DNA from: Gammaproteobacteria bacterium
Lineage (GTDB): Bacteria > Pseudomonadota > Gammaproteobacteria > DSM-19610
Reading direction: 5' to 3'
DNA: 64,000 bases
NCBI GenBank assembly: GCA_015494295.1
Contig: WGBO01000011.1
Coordinates: forward strand, 19,036-83,035
A program made the position numbers and the translations under genes. A model generated the notes under the pieces. The model made no database searches, was not told the DNA's origin, and saw only the letters and a program-made list of their open reading frames with translations. Shown here piece after piece: positions 44,027 through 54,156 of this stretch (positions are counted from its first letter, which is position 1; the number at the start of each line of letters is the position of its first letter).

Positions 44027-46159
44027 TCATGTCGCCGCACCACCTTGCTGAACGCCCAGTTCCGGCGTGTCGGTTCCGATGTTGGCAACAACCTTTATCT
44101 GCTTGTTGTCCGGTATCTCGTTGTAGGCCAGCACGTGCAGCATCGGAATGCTGTGCCGGACCAGTCTCGCCAGCCAGGCCCGGATCGCCGGTGTCACCAG
44201 CAGTACCGCCGGCTGGCCGGCCGCTTCCTGCCGCCTGGCGCTTTCCAGCAGCGACTGGTGCATTCGCTCGGCCAGGCCCGGCTCGATGCCGGCGCCGCCC
44301 TCCGCGAGGCCTTGAATCGAGGTTTGCAATATCTGTTCCAGTGTCGGATCAAGGGTGATGACCTGAAGCTCAGGCCCCATCCCATTGATATGCTGGACAA
44401 TTGAGCGTCCGAGCGCGACGCGCACCGCCGCCGTCAAAGCGCCGGGATCTTGACTCCTTGCGCCGGCCTCGGCGAGCGCCTCGGCGATGGTGCGCATATC
44501 CTTGACGGGGATACGTTCCTCCAGCAGGTTCTGGAGCACCTTCAGGACCACGCCGATGGACAAGGTCTGCGGCACCAGGTCCTCGACCAGCTTGGGCGCG
44601 GATTTCGCCAGCACATCAAGCAGTTGCTGAACTTCTTCGTGACCGATCAACTCGTGCGCGTGGCTCTGCAGCAATTCGCTGAGATGGGTGGCGACCACGG
44701 TACTGGCGTCGACCACGGTGTAGCCGAGCGTCTGCGCGTTGTCGCGCTCCGAGGGTGCAATCCATACCGCTTCCAGTCCGAACGCCGGGTCGCGCGTCTC
44801 GATACCCTGCAGGGTGCCGAACACCCGTCCCGGATTGATGGCCAGTTCACGATCCGGGTAGATCTCGGCCTCACCGACCGGCACGCCCATCAACAGGATG
44901 CGATAGGCATTGGGATTCAGTTCCAGGTTGTCACGGATATGGACCGGCTGGATCAGGAAACCGAGTTCCTGGGACAGCTTCTTGCGCACGCCCTTGATGC
45001 GATCCATCATCTGACCACCCTGGGAACGGTCCACCAGCGGGATCAAGCGGTACCCCACTTCCAGGCCGATGATGTCCACCGGACCCACGTCTTCCCAACT
45101 GAGGTCACGCGCTTCCGGCGGCGTTTCCGATTCCACCGGCTCCGGCTCGGCCGGCATCAACTGCTGTTGTTGCTGCTTCCAGGAATAGTAGGCCCCGGCG
45201 CCGGCCGCCGCGCCCAGGCTCAGGAAAGCCACGTTGGGCATGCCGGGGATCAGGCCCATGAAGCCCATGATGCCGCCGACCACCGCCAGTACCATGGGGT
45301 TTCCGAACAACTGGCTCATTACCTGGTCCGACATCTCGTTCTCACCGGACACGCGGGTCACGATGATGGCCGTCGCGGAGGACAGCACCAGCGAAGGGAT
45401 CTGCGCAACCAGTCCGTCGCCGATGGTCAGCAGGGTGTAGTTGCGCAGCGCGTCGGCAACCGGCAGGTCGAACTGCAGTGTACCGATGGCCAGGCCACCG
45501 ACGATATTGATGAACAGGATCAGGATGCCGGCAATGGCATCGCCGCGCACGAACTTGGACGCACCGTCCATGGCGCCGTAGAAATCCGCCTCGCGGCTGA
45601 TATCCTCGCGGCGGGCACGCGCCTCTTCCTGGGTGATCAGTCCGGCGTTGAGGTCGGCGTCGATGGCCATCTGCTTGCCCGGCATGGCATCAAGCGTGAA
45701 GCGCGCGCTGACCTCCGACACACGCCCCGCGCCCTTCGTGACCACCACGAAATTGATGATAACCAGTATCGAAAACACCACCAGACCCACGGCGTAGTTG
45801 CCGCCGACAACGAAATCACCGAAGGACTCGATCACCTTGCCGGCCGCGCCGGTGCCGGTGTGGCCGTTGAGCAGCACCACGCGGGTCGACGCCACGTTGA
45901 GCGCCAGCCTGAGCAGGGTGCTGACCAGCAGCACCGTGGGGAACACACCGAAGTCCAGCGGCCGCAGCGCGTACACGGTGACCATGAGGATGGCCAGCGA
46001 CAGGGTGATATTGAAAGTAAAGAATATGTCGAGCGCGAACGGCGGCAGTGGCACGATCACCATGGCCAGCATCATGACCAGCAGGATGGGAGCGCCAAGC
46101 CCGCTGCGCGCGACGTCCCGCAGGGAAAGAGTTGCTGCTGCCTGAGTCGCCATCGTCAT
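44027..46159 (-). CDS. flhA: Flagellar export gate FlhA
   Basis: RVSEVSARFTLDAMPGKQMAIDADL, FYGAMDGASKFVRGD, GFLIQPVHIRDN. Confidence 0.97.
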   Translation of the reverse strand: MTMATQAAATLSLRDVARSGLGAPILLVMMLAMVIVPLPPFALDIFFTFNITLSLAILMVTVYALRPLDFGVFPTVLLVSTLLRLALNVASTRVVLLNGHTGTGAAGKVIESFGDFVVGGNYAVGLVVFSILVIINFVVVTKGAGRVSEVSARFTLDAMPGKQMAIDADLNAGLITQEEARARREDISREADFYGAMDGASKFVRGDAIAGILILFINIVGGLAIGTLQFDLPVADALRNYTLLTIGDGLVAQIPSLVLSSATAIIVTRVSGENEMSDQVMSQLFGNPMVLAVVGGIMGFMGLIPGMPNVAFLSLGAAAGAGAYYSWKQQQQQLMPAEPEPVESETPPEARDLSWEDVGPVDIIGLEVGYRLIPLVDRSQGGQMMDRIKGVRKKLSQELGFLIQPVHIRDNLELNPNAYRILLMGVPVGEAEIYPDRELAINPGRVFGTLQGIETRDPAFGLEAVWIAPSERDNAQTLGYTVVDASTVVATHLSELLQSHAHELIGHEEVQQLLDVLAKSAPKLVEDLVPQTLSIGVVLKVLQNLLEERIPVKDMRTIAEALAEAGARSQDPGALTAAVRVALGRSIVQHINGMGPELQVITLDPTLEQILQTSIQGLAEGGAGIEPGLAERMHQSLLESARRQEAAGQPAVLLVTPAIRAWLARLVRHSIPMLHVLAYNEIPDNKQIKVVANIGTDTPELGVQQGGAAT

Positions 46160-47346
46160 TCACCTTCTCTAGTTGGGTCGGGCGTCTGCCCGCCGTCATG
46201 GTTCGTGTCCCGGTCCGGTCCCTGGAAGAACTCTTCCGGCACCGGAATATCGTCCGGCTTCTGCGGCACCGGCCCTCCGTGCACGCTGGCCTTGAGCTGC
46301 ATCACATAGGCCAGTATCTGCGCGACGGCGAGGTACAGGCCGCCGGGGACTTCCTGGTCGATCTCGGTGCTGTAATAGATGGCGCGCGCCAGCGGCGGCG
46401 CCTCGAACAGCGGCACCTTGTTGGCCACCGCCACGGTACGTATCTGGCTCGCGATCAGTTCGACACCCTTGGCCACCACGCGTGGCGCGGCCATCTTGTC
46501 GGGGTCGTAGCGCAAGGCCACCGCGTAGTGCGTCGGGTTGGTGATAATGACGTCGGCGTTCGGCACTTCGGCCATCATGCGGCGCTGCGCCACTTCGCGT
46601 TGCAGGGTGCGGATACGCGACTTCACCTCGGGCTTGCCTTCGGTGTTCTTGCTCTCGTCGCGCGTCTCCTGGCGCGTCATCTTGAGGTTCTTGGCGTGCT
46701 CCCAGAGCTGGAACGGCACATCGATGGCCGCGATCAGGGCCAGCGAGGCGCTGAGAATGATGAAGGAATGGGACAGGATGCGTCCGGTATGTACCAGACC
46801 GTTGCTCACCGATTCACGTCCCAGGCCCATCAGTTCCGGCAGGTAAGCGATCAGCAGCCAGGCGCCGACCCCGCCGATCAGCAGAAACTTCGCCAGCGCC
46901 TTGACCAGCTCCACCAGGCTGCGCACCGAAAACATGCGCTTGATACCGGAGACAGGGTTGAGTTTTTCGGGCTTGAAGGCCAGCGACTCGGCGCTGAAGT
47001 TCCAGCCGCCCAGCGCCGCCGGCGCGGCGACCGCGGTGACGATCATGATCAGCATGAACGGCAACAGCAGCCAGATACCATCATGAATGGACTTTTCCAG
47101 CAGGTCGATCATCTTCCAGTGATCGAAGGCCTGGTTGCGACTCAGCGACAGCCCCTGGGTCATGACCTCGCCCAGTTCAGCGATCATGGTGCCGCCCATC
47201 GATGCCAGCGCAAAGGACCCCATCAACAGCATGGCCATGGTGGTCAGTTCCCGCGAGCGTGGAATCTGGCCCTTGGTGCGCGCGTCCTCCTTTCGTTTGG
47301 GGGTCGCTTCTTCTGTTTTTTCCTGACCGTCTTCGTTCTCGGCCAT
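46156..47346 (-). CDS. flhB: Flagellar export switch FlhB
   Basis: EKTEEAT, EGKPEVKSRIR, NPTH autocleavage motif. Confidence 0.96.
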   Translation of the reverse strand: MAENEDGQEKTEEATPKRKEDARTKGQIPRSRELTTMAMLLMGSFALASMGGTMIAELGEVMTQGLSLSRNQAFDHWKMIDLLEKSIHDGIWLLLPFMLIMIVTAVAAPAALGGWNFSAESLAFKPEKLNPVSGIKRMFSVRSLVELVKALAKFLLIGGVGAWLLIAYLPELMGLGRESVSNGLVHTGRILSHSFIILSASLALIAAIDVPFQLWEHAKNLKMTRQETRDESKNTEGKPEVKSRIRTLQREVAQRRMMAEVPNADVIITNPTHYAVALRYDPDKMAAPRVVAKGVELIASQIRTVAVANKVPLFEAPPLARAIYYSTEIDQEVPGGLYLAVAQILAYVMQLKASVHGGPVPQKPDDIPVPEEFFQGPDRDTNHDGGQTPDPTREGE

Positions 47347-47347
47347 G

Positions 47348-48127
47348 CTAGCGTCCTCCGCCGCCGAAAACGCTGACCGCGCCGAAGGCGCTGTCCAGCA
47401 GGTGTTGCATCTGAGGCAACAGGTTGGATATGGCGTACACCAGAACCACGAAACCGAGTGTCAGGGTGACCGGAAAACCGACGCCAAACACGTTCAGTTG
47501 CGGCGCCGAGCGGCTGACTACGCCAAAGGCGAGGTTGACCAGCAGAATGGACGCCACCGCCGGCAGGGCCACCATGATGGCGCCGGCGAACATGCGCGAT
47601 CCCCACTCCGCGACGCTGCGGATTTCCTCCCGGGTGAGACTGTCGATGCCGATGGGCAGCGACTGGAAACTGTCGACCAGTACCCGGATCAGGGCCAGGT
47701 GCCCGTTCAGCGCCAGGAACAACAGCGTGGCCACCACCACGTAGTACTGGCCGATGACCGGAACATTGACGCCATTCTGCGGGTCGACCATCTGCGCGAA
47801 GCCCAGCCCCATGCCCATGGCGATGGTCTGTCCGGCGATGATCAGGGTGGCAAAGACCAGTTGCAGGCTGAAGCCGATGGCGAGGCCTATGATCATCTGG
47901 TGCACGGTCACCAGCACGCTGGCCGGCGACAGGGGATCGAGCGCCGGCACCTGGGGCAGGGTCGGGATCACCACCCAGGTCAGCAACAGGGCCAGCACCA
48001 GGCGCGACTTCACCGGCACCATGCGCGCGCCGAAGATCGGTGCGATGGCCAGCATCGCCGCGATGCGCACGAACGGCCAGACCAGGGTGGCGATCCAGGT
48101 GGAAATGTCGGCACTGGTGAACAGCAT
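47348..48127 (-). CDS. fliR: FliR
   Basis: WPFVRIAAM, GLGFAQMVDP, PQLNVFGVGFP. Confidence 0.95.
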   Translation of the reverse strand: MLFTSADISTWIATLVWPFVRIAAMLAIAPIFGARMVPVKSRLVLALLLTWVVIPTLPQVPALDPLSPASVLVTVHQMIIGLAIGFSLQLVFATLIIAGQTIAMGMGLGFAQMVDPQNGVNVPVIGQYYVVVATLLFLALNGHLALIRVLVDSFQSLPIGIDSLTREEIRSVAEWGSRMFAGAIMVALPAVASILLVNLAFGVVSRSAPQLNVFGVGFPVTLTLGFVVLVYAISNLLPQMQHLLDSAFGAVSVFGGGGR

Positions 48128-48140
48128 CGTGTCAGCGGTC

Positions 48141-48410
48141 TCAGCCGATCCGGTCGGGAATGCTGCTGATCATTTCGGTAGCGAAATCGATCAGGGCGTG
48201 CAGCAAGGAGGGGCCCGCGACCAGCAGGACGACAACCACCATGGCAAGCTTGGGCACGAAGGTGAGCGTCATTTCGTTGATCTGGGTGGCGGCCTGGATC
48301 ATGCCGACCAGCAGGCCGACGACCAGCGCGGACAACAGCAGCGGCGCCGCCAGGGTCGCTGTTATCACCATGGTCCGGGTGCCGATTTCAATCACGGTTT
48401 CGGGTGTCAT
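48141..48410 (-). CDS. fliQ: FliQ
   Basis: QAATQINEMTLTFVPK. Confidence 0.96.
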   Translation of the reverse strand: MTPETVIEIGTRTMVITATLAAPLLLSALVVGLLVGMIQAATQINEMTLTFVPKLAMVVVVLLVAGPSLLHALIDFATEMISSIPDRIG

Positions 48411-48426
48411 GTTTCTCTGCTCCGAA

Positions 48427-49170
48427 TCAGACGACGAAACTCGCCGCCAGCGTGCCCATAATCAGCGACCAGCCGTCGATCAGCACGAACAGCATGATCT
48501 TGAACGGCAGGGAAATGATCATCGGCGACAACATCATCATGCCCATCGACATCAACAGGGTCGCGACCACCAGGTCGATGACCAGGAAGGGGATCAGCAC
48601 CATGAAGCCGATCTGGAAGGCGGTCTTCAGTTCGCTGGTCACGAACGCCGGCATCAACAGGGTGAAGGGCACGTCGTCGGGGGTTTCGAATTCACCGGCG
48701 CGGGCGATGTCGGAAAACATCATCAGGTCCTCGTCGCGGGTCTGCGCCAGCATGAAACCCCGCAGCGGCGCGGCCGCCTTCTCCAGCGCCACCTGCGCCG
48801 GGATCTCCTCATCGAGGTAGGGCGACAAGGCATCGTCGTAGACCTGGTCGAGTACCGGCATCATGATGAACAGGCTCAGAAACAGGGCCAGCCCGATCAG
48901 CACCTGGTTGGACGGCGAGGCCTGGGTGCCCAGCGCCTGGCGCAGGATGCCGAGCACGATGAGAATGCGCACGAAGGATGTCATCATGAGCAGCGCCGCC
49001 GGCAACAGGCTCAGCGCGGTCATGAAAGCCAGCACCTGCAGGGTAACCGAGTAGGTCTCGCCTCCGTTGGCGGCCGGTTCCACCGTCAACGCGGCAAACC
49101 CGGGCGCGGCCGTGGCCAGCGAAGGCAGGCCGGCACACAACAGCAGTGCCAGTAACAGCCGAAACGTCAC
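48427..49170 (-). CDS. fliP: FliP
   Basis: [37 protein letters not shown]. Confidence 0.96.
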   Translation of the reverse strand: MTFRLLLALLLCAGLPSLATAAPGFAALTVEPAANGGETYSVTLQVLAFMTALSLLPAALLMMTSFVRILIVLGILRQALGTQASPSNQVLIGLALFLSLFIMMPVLDQVYDDALSPYLDEEIPAQVALEKAAAPLRGFMLAQTRDEDLMMFSDIARAGEFETPDDVPFTLLMPAFVTSELKTAFQIGFMVLIPFLVIDLVVATLLMSMGMMMLSPMIISLPFKIMLFVLIDGWSLIMGTLAASFVV

Positions 49171-49601
49171 GGCTCACCTCCCTTTCCCATCATGCGGCCA
49201 AGCTGTTCGGCGAACTTGCCGCCGCCCGGCCGGGCCGCCGCTTCCAGAGGCTGGTCGAGAACGTGCAGGGTCTGGACCCGCCCCGGCGCCACGCCGACCA
49301 GCAGCTGGGTCTCGCCGACCTGCAACAGGACCACTCGCTCCCGGGAACCCATGGAAAGTCCGCCCAGCACTTTAAGGCCACCACCGGCAGCCATCTGGAA
49401 CTTGCCGGTGCGCTTGAGCAGCCAGGCCAGGCCAAGCATGACCGCCAGCACCGCCAGCATGCCGAATGTCAGTTGCCACAGGTTGCTGACCGCCATCGGG
49501 TCGGTCACGGTGATCGCGGTCTCGCCCTCCTCCGCGCGAACGGAGTACTGGACCAGCAGGCCGGCGAGTGCCACGGCGCCCTGTTGTACGGGTCTGTGCA
49601 T
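49167..49601 (-). CDS. fliO: FliO
   Basis: TM helix, [21 protein letters not shown]; between fliN and fliP. Confidence 0.88.
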   Translation of the reverse strand: MHRPVQQGAVALAGLLVQYSVRAEEGETAITVTDPMAVSNLWQLTFGMLAVLAVMLGLAWLLKRTGKFQMAAGGGLKVLGGLSMGSRERVVLLQVGETQLLVGVAPGRVQTLHVLDQPLEAAARPGGGKFAEQLGRMMGKGGEP

Positions 49602-49610
49602 CGGCGCGTC

Positions 49611-50033
49611 CTACTTGAGTTTCTTGACCCGCTCGGCGGGACTGATCACGTCGGTGAGACGAATGCCGAATTTTTCGTTCACCACGACCACCTCGCCGTG
49701 CGCAACCAGGGTGCCGTTCACCAGTACATCCATGGGTTCGCCAGCCAGGCGGTCGAGTTCCACCACCGAGCCCTGATTCAGCTGCAGCAGGTTGCGGATA
49801 CTGATGTGGGTACGGCCGATCTCCATGGAAATGGTGACCGGGATATCGAGGATGACATCGAGGTTGGCCTCGTCGCCCGCCGGTCCGCCCGACGTATCCT
49901 CCAGGCTGTCGAAAGCCGCGGCTTCGGAGGCCTCGGCCTCTCCGCCGCCGGCCTCGGCCACCGCCTGCTCGGCCATGGCCTCGGCCCAGTCGTCGGTGGC
50001 GCCGGATTCCTGGTTTTCAGTTTCTTCACTCAT
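49611..50033 (-). CDS. fliN: FliN
   Basis: LDVILDIPV...GSVVELDRLAGEP...GEVVVVNEKFGIR. Confidence 0.96.
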   Translation of the reverse strand: MSEETENQESGATDDWAEAMAEQAVAEAGGGEAEASEAAAFDSLEDTSGGPAGDEANLDVILDIPVTISMEIGRTHISIRNLLQLNQGSVVELDRLAGEPMDVLVNGTLVAHGEVVVVNEKFGIRLTDVISPAERVKKLK

Positions 50034-50054
50034 CGGATTCTCCTGCTTGCACGG

Positions 50055-51038
50055 TCACTGATCGATCCGATCAGGAATGATTTTCTTGACGATCTTGATG
50101 GCGCGGCTGCCGTTGTGAACGCCGAAACGGCCGCGGAAAATCGGGGTCTGCTCCGCCTCCAGTGTCACCAGTTCCGGCAGGTCGACGGGAATGACATCGC
50201 CGGCCTGAAGCTCGTTCAGCTCGCGCAGGGACAGAGTCGTTTCCAGCAGCGTGGACGTCAATTCGACCTTTGCTTCCTTCATCTCTTCGCGGATGGCGCG
50301 CGTCCAGCGTTCGTCGCAGTCGGAACGGTCACTCTGCACGCCGGCGTCCAACAGGTCGCGGATCGGTTCTACCATCGAGTAGGGCATGGTCACGTGCATG
50401 TCACCGCCACCACCGTCCAGCTCGACACGGAAGGTATTCACCACCACCACCTCGGTGGGACTGACGATATTGGCGAAGTGCGGATTGACCTCCGAGCCCT
50501 GGTACTCGAAAGCCACTTCCAGCACCGGTTTCCAGGCCTGCATCAGATCCTCGAAGGCGATTTCCAGCACCATGTTGATGACCCGCAGTTCCGTGGGGGT
50601 GAACTCGCGGCCCTCGATCTTGGTGTGGAAACGGCCGCCGCCGCCAAAGAAGTTGTCCACCAGCGCGAACACCAGCTTGGGTTCGAGCACGAACAGGGCC
50701 GTGCCACGCAAGGGCTTCACCCGGACCAGGTTGAGGCTGGTCGGCACGAACAGGCTGTGCACATACTCGGCGAACTTGAGCATCTGCACACCCGATACCG
50801 AAATCTCGCCGGCGCGGCGCAACATGTTGAACAGACTGATACGGAAATAACGCGCGAAACGCTCGTTGATCATCTCCAGCGTCGGCATGCGACCGCGAAC
50901 GATGCGATCCTGGCTGGCGAAGTCGTAACCGCGGATCTCGCCTTCCGGAACCTCGTCGTCGGTCTCGGTCTCGACATCGCCGCCGGATACACCGTGCAGC
51001 AGCGCGTCGATTTCGTCCTGTGAGAGAAGATCGTTCAC
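50055..51038 (-). CDS. fliM: FliM
   Basis: LLSQDEIDALL, RMPTLEMINERFAR. Confidence 0.96.
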   Translation of the reverse strand: MNDLLSQDEIDALLHGVSGGDVETETDDEVPEGEIRGYDFASQDRIVRGRMPTLEMINERFARYFRISLFNMLRRAGEISVSGVQMLKFAEYVHSLFVPTSLNLVRVKPLRGTALFVLEPKLVFALVDNFFGGGGRFHTKIEGREFTPTELRVINMVLEIAFEDLMQAWKPVLEVAFEYQGSEVNPHFANIVSPTEVVVVNTFRVELDGGGGDMHVTMPYSMVEPIRDLLDAGVQSDRSDCDERWTRAIREEMKEAKVELTSTLLETTLSLRELNELQAGDVIPVDLPELVTLEAEQTPIFRGRFGVHNGSRAIKIVKKIIPDRIDQ

Positions 51039-51048
51039 CGAAGCACCC

Positions 51049-51606
51049 TTACTGCATCACGAAGCTGGTGAAATACACGGCCTCGACACCGGGGTCGCCG
51101 GTTTCCGCCTTCAACACTTCCTGCACCGCGGCCAGGGTATCCTGGCGCAGTTTTTCCATGCCTTCGCGGGTATCGAGCTGAACCGGGTCCTGCGCTTTCA
51201 GCAGGAACACCAGGTTGTTGCGGATGGCCGGACGATGCTCCTTGATCTGCTCGACCATGGCCGGGTCGCGGGTTCCGACTTCCACGGTCACCTGCAGGAA
51301 TCGCACGTCGGTATCGCCACTGAAGTTGACCACGAAAGGCGGATCCAGCGGCACGTAGGCCAGCGGTGCCTTCGGTTCCTTGGCCTTCTTGCCCTTCTTC
51401 GCCTTCTTGTCGGCCTTGCCGGCGGTTTCCTCCGCCACCACCTCGTCATCACCGCCGATCACGCCGGTCAGCACCAGTGTCGCGGCCGCCGATACGCCCA
51501 GCAGCAACACCACTGCCACGATGATAATGATCATTTTCTTGGAGCCCGATTTTGCTGCGGCCCCGCCGCCTTCTACATCGAGATCCAGATCGTCTTCCTT
51601 TGCCAT
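51049..51606 (-). CDS. fliL: FliL
   Basis: TM helix, YVPLDPPFVVNF, VYFTSFVMQ. Confidence 0.93.
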   Translation of the reverse strand: MAKEDDLDLDVEGGGAAAKSGSKKMIIIIVAVVLLLGVSAAATLVLTGVIGGDDEVVAEETAGKADKKAKKGKKAKEPKAPLAYVPLDPPFVVNFSGDTDVRFLQVTVEVGTRDPAMVEQIKEHRPAIRNNLVFLLKAQDPVQLDTREGMEKLRQDTLAAVQEVLKAETGDPGVEAVYFTSFVMQ

Positions 51607-51640
51607 GTGTGCATCCCCTTGATACGTTCAAGCAGAGGGG

Positions 51641-51657
51641 TAGCAAGACATATGCCA
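51641..51657 (-). promoter_or_regulatory. sigma54 promoter for fliL operon
   Basis: Minus strand TGGCAT-ATGTC-TTGCTA. Confidence 0.85.
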
Positions 51658-51671
51658 CGGTCTGGAAGAAA

Positions 51672-51698
51672 AATAAAAGCTTTTATTACAGCGAGTTA
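51672..51698. promoter_or_regulatory. AT-rich palindrome and IHF-like site upstream of the fliL sigma54 promoter
   Basis: AATAAAAGCTTTTATT perfect palindrome (51672-51687); TTACAG-CGAG-TTA (51686-51698) fits relaxed WWWCAR-N4-TTR. Confidence 0.5.
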
Positions 51699-51717
51699 GA
51701 GAATCTGTTTTCAGGTG

Positions 51718-51732
51718 CGCCGAAGTTTTGAC
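51718..51732. promoter_or_regulatory. Candidate FleQ-type upstream activator site
   Basis: CGCCG-AAGTT-TTGAC; same CGCCG-N5-TTGAC pattern recurs at 63412-63426. Confidence 0.5.
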
Positions 51733-51784
51733 TCAATCCCGGCGATATGGCCGCCGAAACCTTGGCTGGAGGACGGAAAAGGGA

Positions 51785-54049
51785 TCAGTGCGCGGAACTC
51801 AGCAACCACTCGCGGAAACCGGCGTCCGGCAGCGGTTTGCTGATGTGGAAACCCTGCACCAGGTCGCAGCCCAGTTGCCGGAGCTGCTCGCGCACGCCCT
51901 GTGCCTCGACACCCTCGGCGATCACCTTGCAGTCGAGGTTGTGACCCAGCTCGATGATGGAACGCACGATGGCCGCGTCGCGCGGGTCGTTGGCCATGTC
52001 CTGCAGGAAGGACTGGTCGATTTTCAGCGTGTTGATGGGCAGACGCTTGAGATAGGACAGCGAGGAGTAACCGGTGCCGAAATCGTCGATGGCGATGGAC
52101 ACCCCGAGCTCGCTCAACTCGTCGAGAATTCGGGCGCCCAGTTCGAGGTCGGACATCAGGGTATCCTCGGTAATTTCCACCTCCAGCAGCGACCCCTCGA
52201 CGCCAGCCTTGTCCAGAGCCTGACGGATACGGGAGATGAGGCCCGGCGACTGGAAGGAGCGCGCCGAGACATTGACCGAGATCGCCACCGGCCGTCCGTC
52301 GACCTTCCAGTGACGGCTGTGTTCCAGGGCGGTATCCAGCACCCAGTCGGTAATCGGCGAAATCATGCCGAGCTGTTCGGCCACGGCAATGAATCGTTTC
52401 GGCAACACCAGCCCCTGCTGTGGATGCTGCCAGCGCAACAAGGCCTCGGCGCCGCAGATACGGCCGCTGCTGAGGTCGATCTTGGGCTGGTAGTGCAGCT
52501 CGAATTCCTCGCGCTCCAGGGCGCCGTGGAGCTGCCCGGAGAACTGAAGATGTTCGCTCGCCGACACCTCGGTCTCGGTCTCGAAGAACAGGAACGGGGC
52601 GGAATTCCACTTGGCCCGGTACATGGCGCTGTCCGCGTGACTGGCCAGGGTATGTGAATCCTCTCCGTGCTGCGGGAACACCGCGATACCGATGGCGCTG
52701 CTCAGGCACAGTTCGCGCCCCTTGAAGGTGAACGGCGCGCTCAGCGAGTTCATCACCTCGCGCGCGACGCGCTCCGCGGCCTTCTCCGCGTCCTGCACCA
52801 TCGGCAACACGATGCCGAACTCGTCACCGCCAAGCCGCGCCAGGGTGTCGGTGTCGCGCAGCACCTTCTGCACCCGCCCGGCGATCATCCTCAGCAACTG
52901 GTCCCCGGCTTCGTGGCCCAGGGTGTCGTTGTACATCTTGAACTGGTTGATATCCAGCACCATGACCGCCACCGAGGCGCCCGGGTTGCGGCGCGCCACC
53001 GCCAGCGCCGAGGCCAGCCGGTCGTACCACAGGGTGCGGTTGGCGAGGCCGGTCACTTCGTCCTGGGTGGAAAGCTGCTCCAGGCGTTCGCGGTCGGAGT
53101 GCAACTCGGTCACGTCCTCCATGAGGCAGTGCACGCGCAACACGCGGCCGCGCCGGTTGGCCGTGGGATAGAAGGCGAGCCGGTACCACCGGGCGCTGTC
53201 GTCCTCGCCACTGACCGGGATCTCCAGTTGCACCGCCGCGCCGTCGATAACCTGCTGCCAGGCCGTCAGCACGCGCTCGCGCTCGGAACCGGGAATGCGG
53301 TAGAAACAGGGAATAGGGGCTTCGAGGGTGTCCCCACAGAAGGCCTGGGTGCCGGGGCTGGCATAGGCGATGCGGTTGGCCTCGATATCCACCGTCCACA
53401 GGAGTTGTGGAATGCTGCCCAGCAGTTCTCCGGCCAGGTCCTGCTCGTGGCCGAGTTCGTCGCGCTGGTCGGTGAGCTGCTCCACCGCGGCACGCCAGTA
53501 ACCCTCGCTGGTAATCGCCATGTCGCGGAATACGACCTTGATGAGGGCGCGTTCCAGCGCATCACGATCGTGGTGATCGATATCCGCCTCGCCGGCGATC
53601 AGTTCCTTGATATGGTCCACGAACAAGCGGTAGGCGCCCAGCGACCAGACCGGCTTGATGCCCCAGCGGTAATGCTCGCGCCCGACCTGCTCGCTGGCCG
53701 CTGCCGCCTTCTCGTCGATGTCGCCGTTCAGGAGTCCGAGCTGGTGTTCGAGTTGCGAGCGCACCAGCTCGCCGATATTGCCGCCCTGGCGCTCGTAGGC
53801 GTACAGAACATCGGCGATGTCCGGGTTGTCGAACATGTAGTTGTAGATCTTTTCGGCGAAACCCGCCGCGCCCTGCGCGAGGATGTCCTGGTACCGTTTG
53901 AGCACCAGCGCGTCTTCCTCGCTGAGATGGAGGACGTAATTGAATTCCTTTCCGAGAATCGGGTGGGAGGATTTCCTGCGTATCCCTCCCCGTGTCTCCT
54001 TCGGTTTTTTGCGCTTGTTCGTGGGCGTTGGCATTGCCAATTCCAGCAT
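51785..54049 (-). CDS. Globin-coupled sensor with PAS-like, GGDEF and EAL domains
   Basis: Sensor globin (IY B10 Tyr, GREHYRWG proximal His); GGDEF with RxxD I-site (RDTDTLARLGGDEF); EAL, EITE, DDFGTGYSSL, KID, EGVE, QG motifs. Confidence 0.9.
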   Translation of the reverse strand: MLELAMPTPTNKRKKPKETRGGIRRKSSHPILGKEFNYVLHLSEEDALVLKRYQDILAQGAAGFAEKIYNYMFDNPDIADVLYAYERQGGNIGELVRSQLEHQLGLLNGDIDEKAAAASEQVGREHYRWGIKPVWSLGAYRLFVDHIKELIAGEADIDHHDRDALERALIKVVFRDMAITSEGYWRAAVEQLTDQRDELGHEQDLAGELLGSIPQLLWTVDIEANRIAYASPGTQAFCGDTLEAPIPCFYRIPGSERERVLTAWQQVIDGAAVQLEIPVSGEDDSARWYRLAFYPTANRRGRVLRVHCLMEDVTELHSDRERLEQLSTQDEVTGLANRTLWYDRLASALAVARRNPGASVAVMVLDINQFKMYNDTLGHEAGDQLLRMIAGRVQKVLRDTDTLARLGGDEFGIVLPMVQDAEKAAERVAREVMNSLSAPFTFKGRELCLSSAIGIAVFPQHGEDSHTLASHADSAMYRAKWNSAPFLFFETETEVSASEHLQFSGQLHGALEREEFELHYQPKIDLSSGRICGAEALLRWQHPQQGLVLPKRFIAVAEQLGMISPITDWVLDTALEHSRHWKVDGRPVAISVNVSARSFQSPGLISRIRQALDKAGVEGSLLEVEITEDTLMSDLELGARILDELSELGVSIAIDDFGTGYSSLSYLKRLPINTLKIDQSFLQDMANDPRDAAIVRSIIELGHNLDCKVIAEGVEAQGVREQLRQLGCDLVQGFHISKPLPDAGFREWLLSSAH

Positions 54050-54056
54050 TGTTATA

Positions 54057-54069
54057 GTTGTACTACAAC
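54057..54069. promoter_or_regulatory. Palindrome GTTGTA-C-TACAAC just upstream of the globin sensor
   Basis: Perfect 6-1-6 inverted repeat 7 nt from the first ATG. Confidence 0.35.
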
Positions 54070-54156
54070 GCTATCACAGCCAAAGGGCAAGTACAATCAG
54101 CCTGTTAGGAAAAGAACCGGGATTTGTGGAGGAAATTTTCCGTTACCGGCCGCCGT

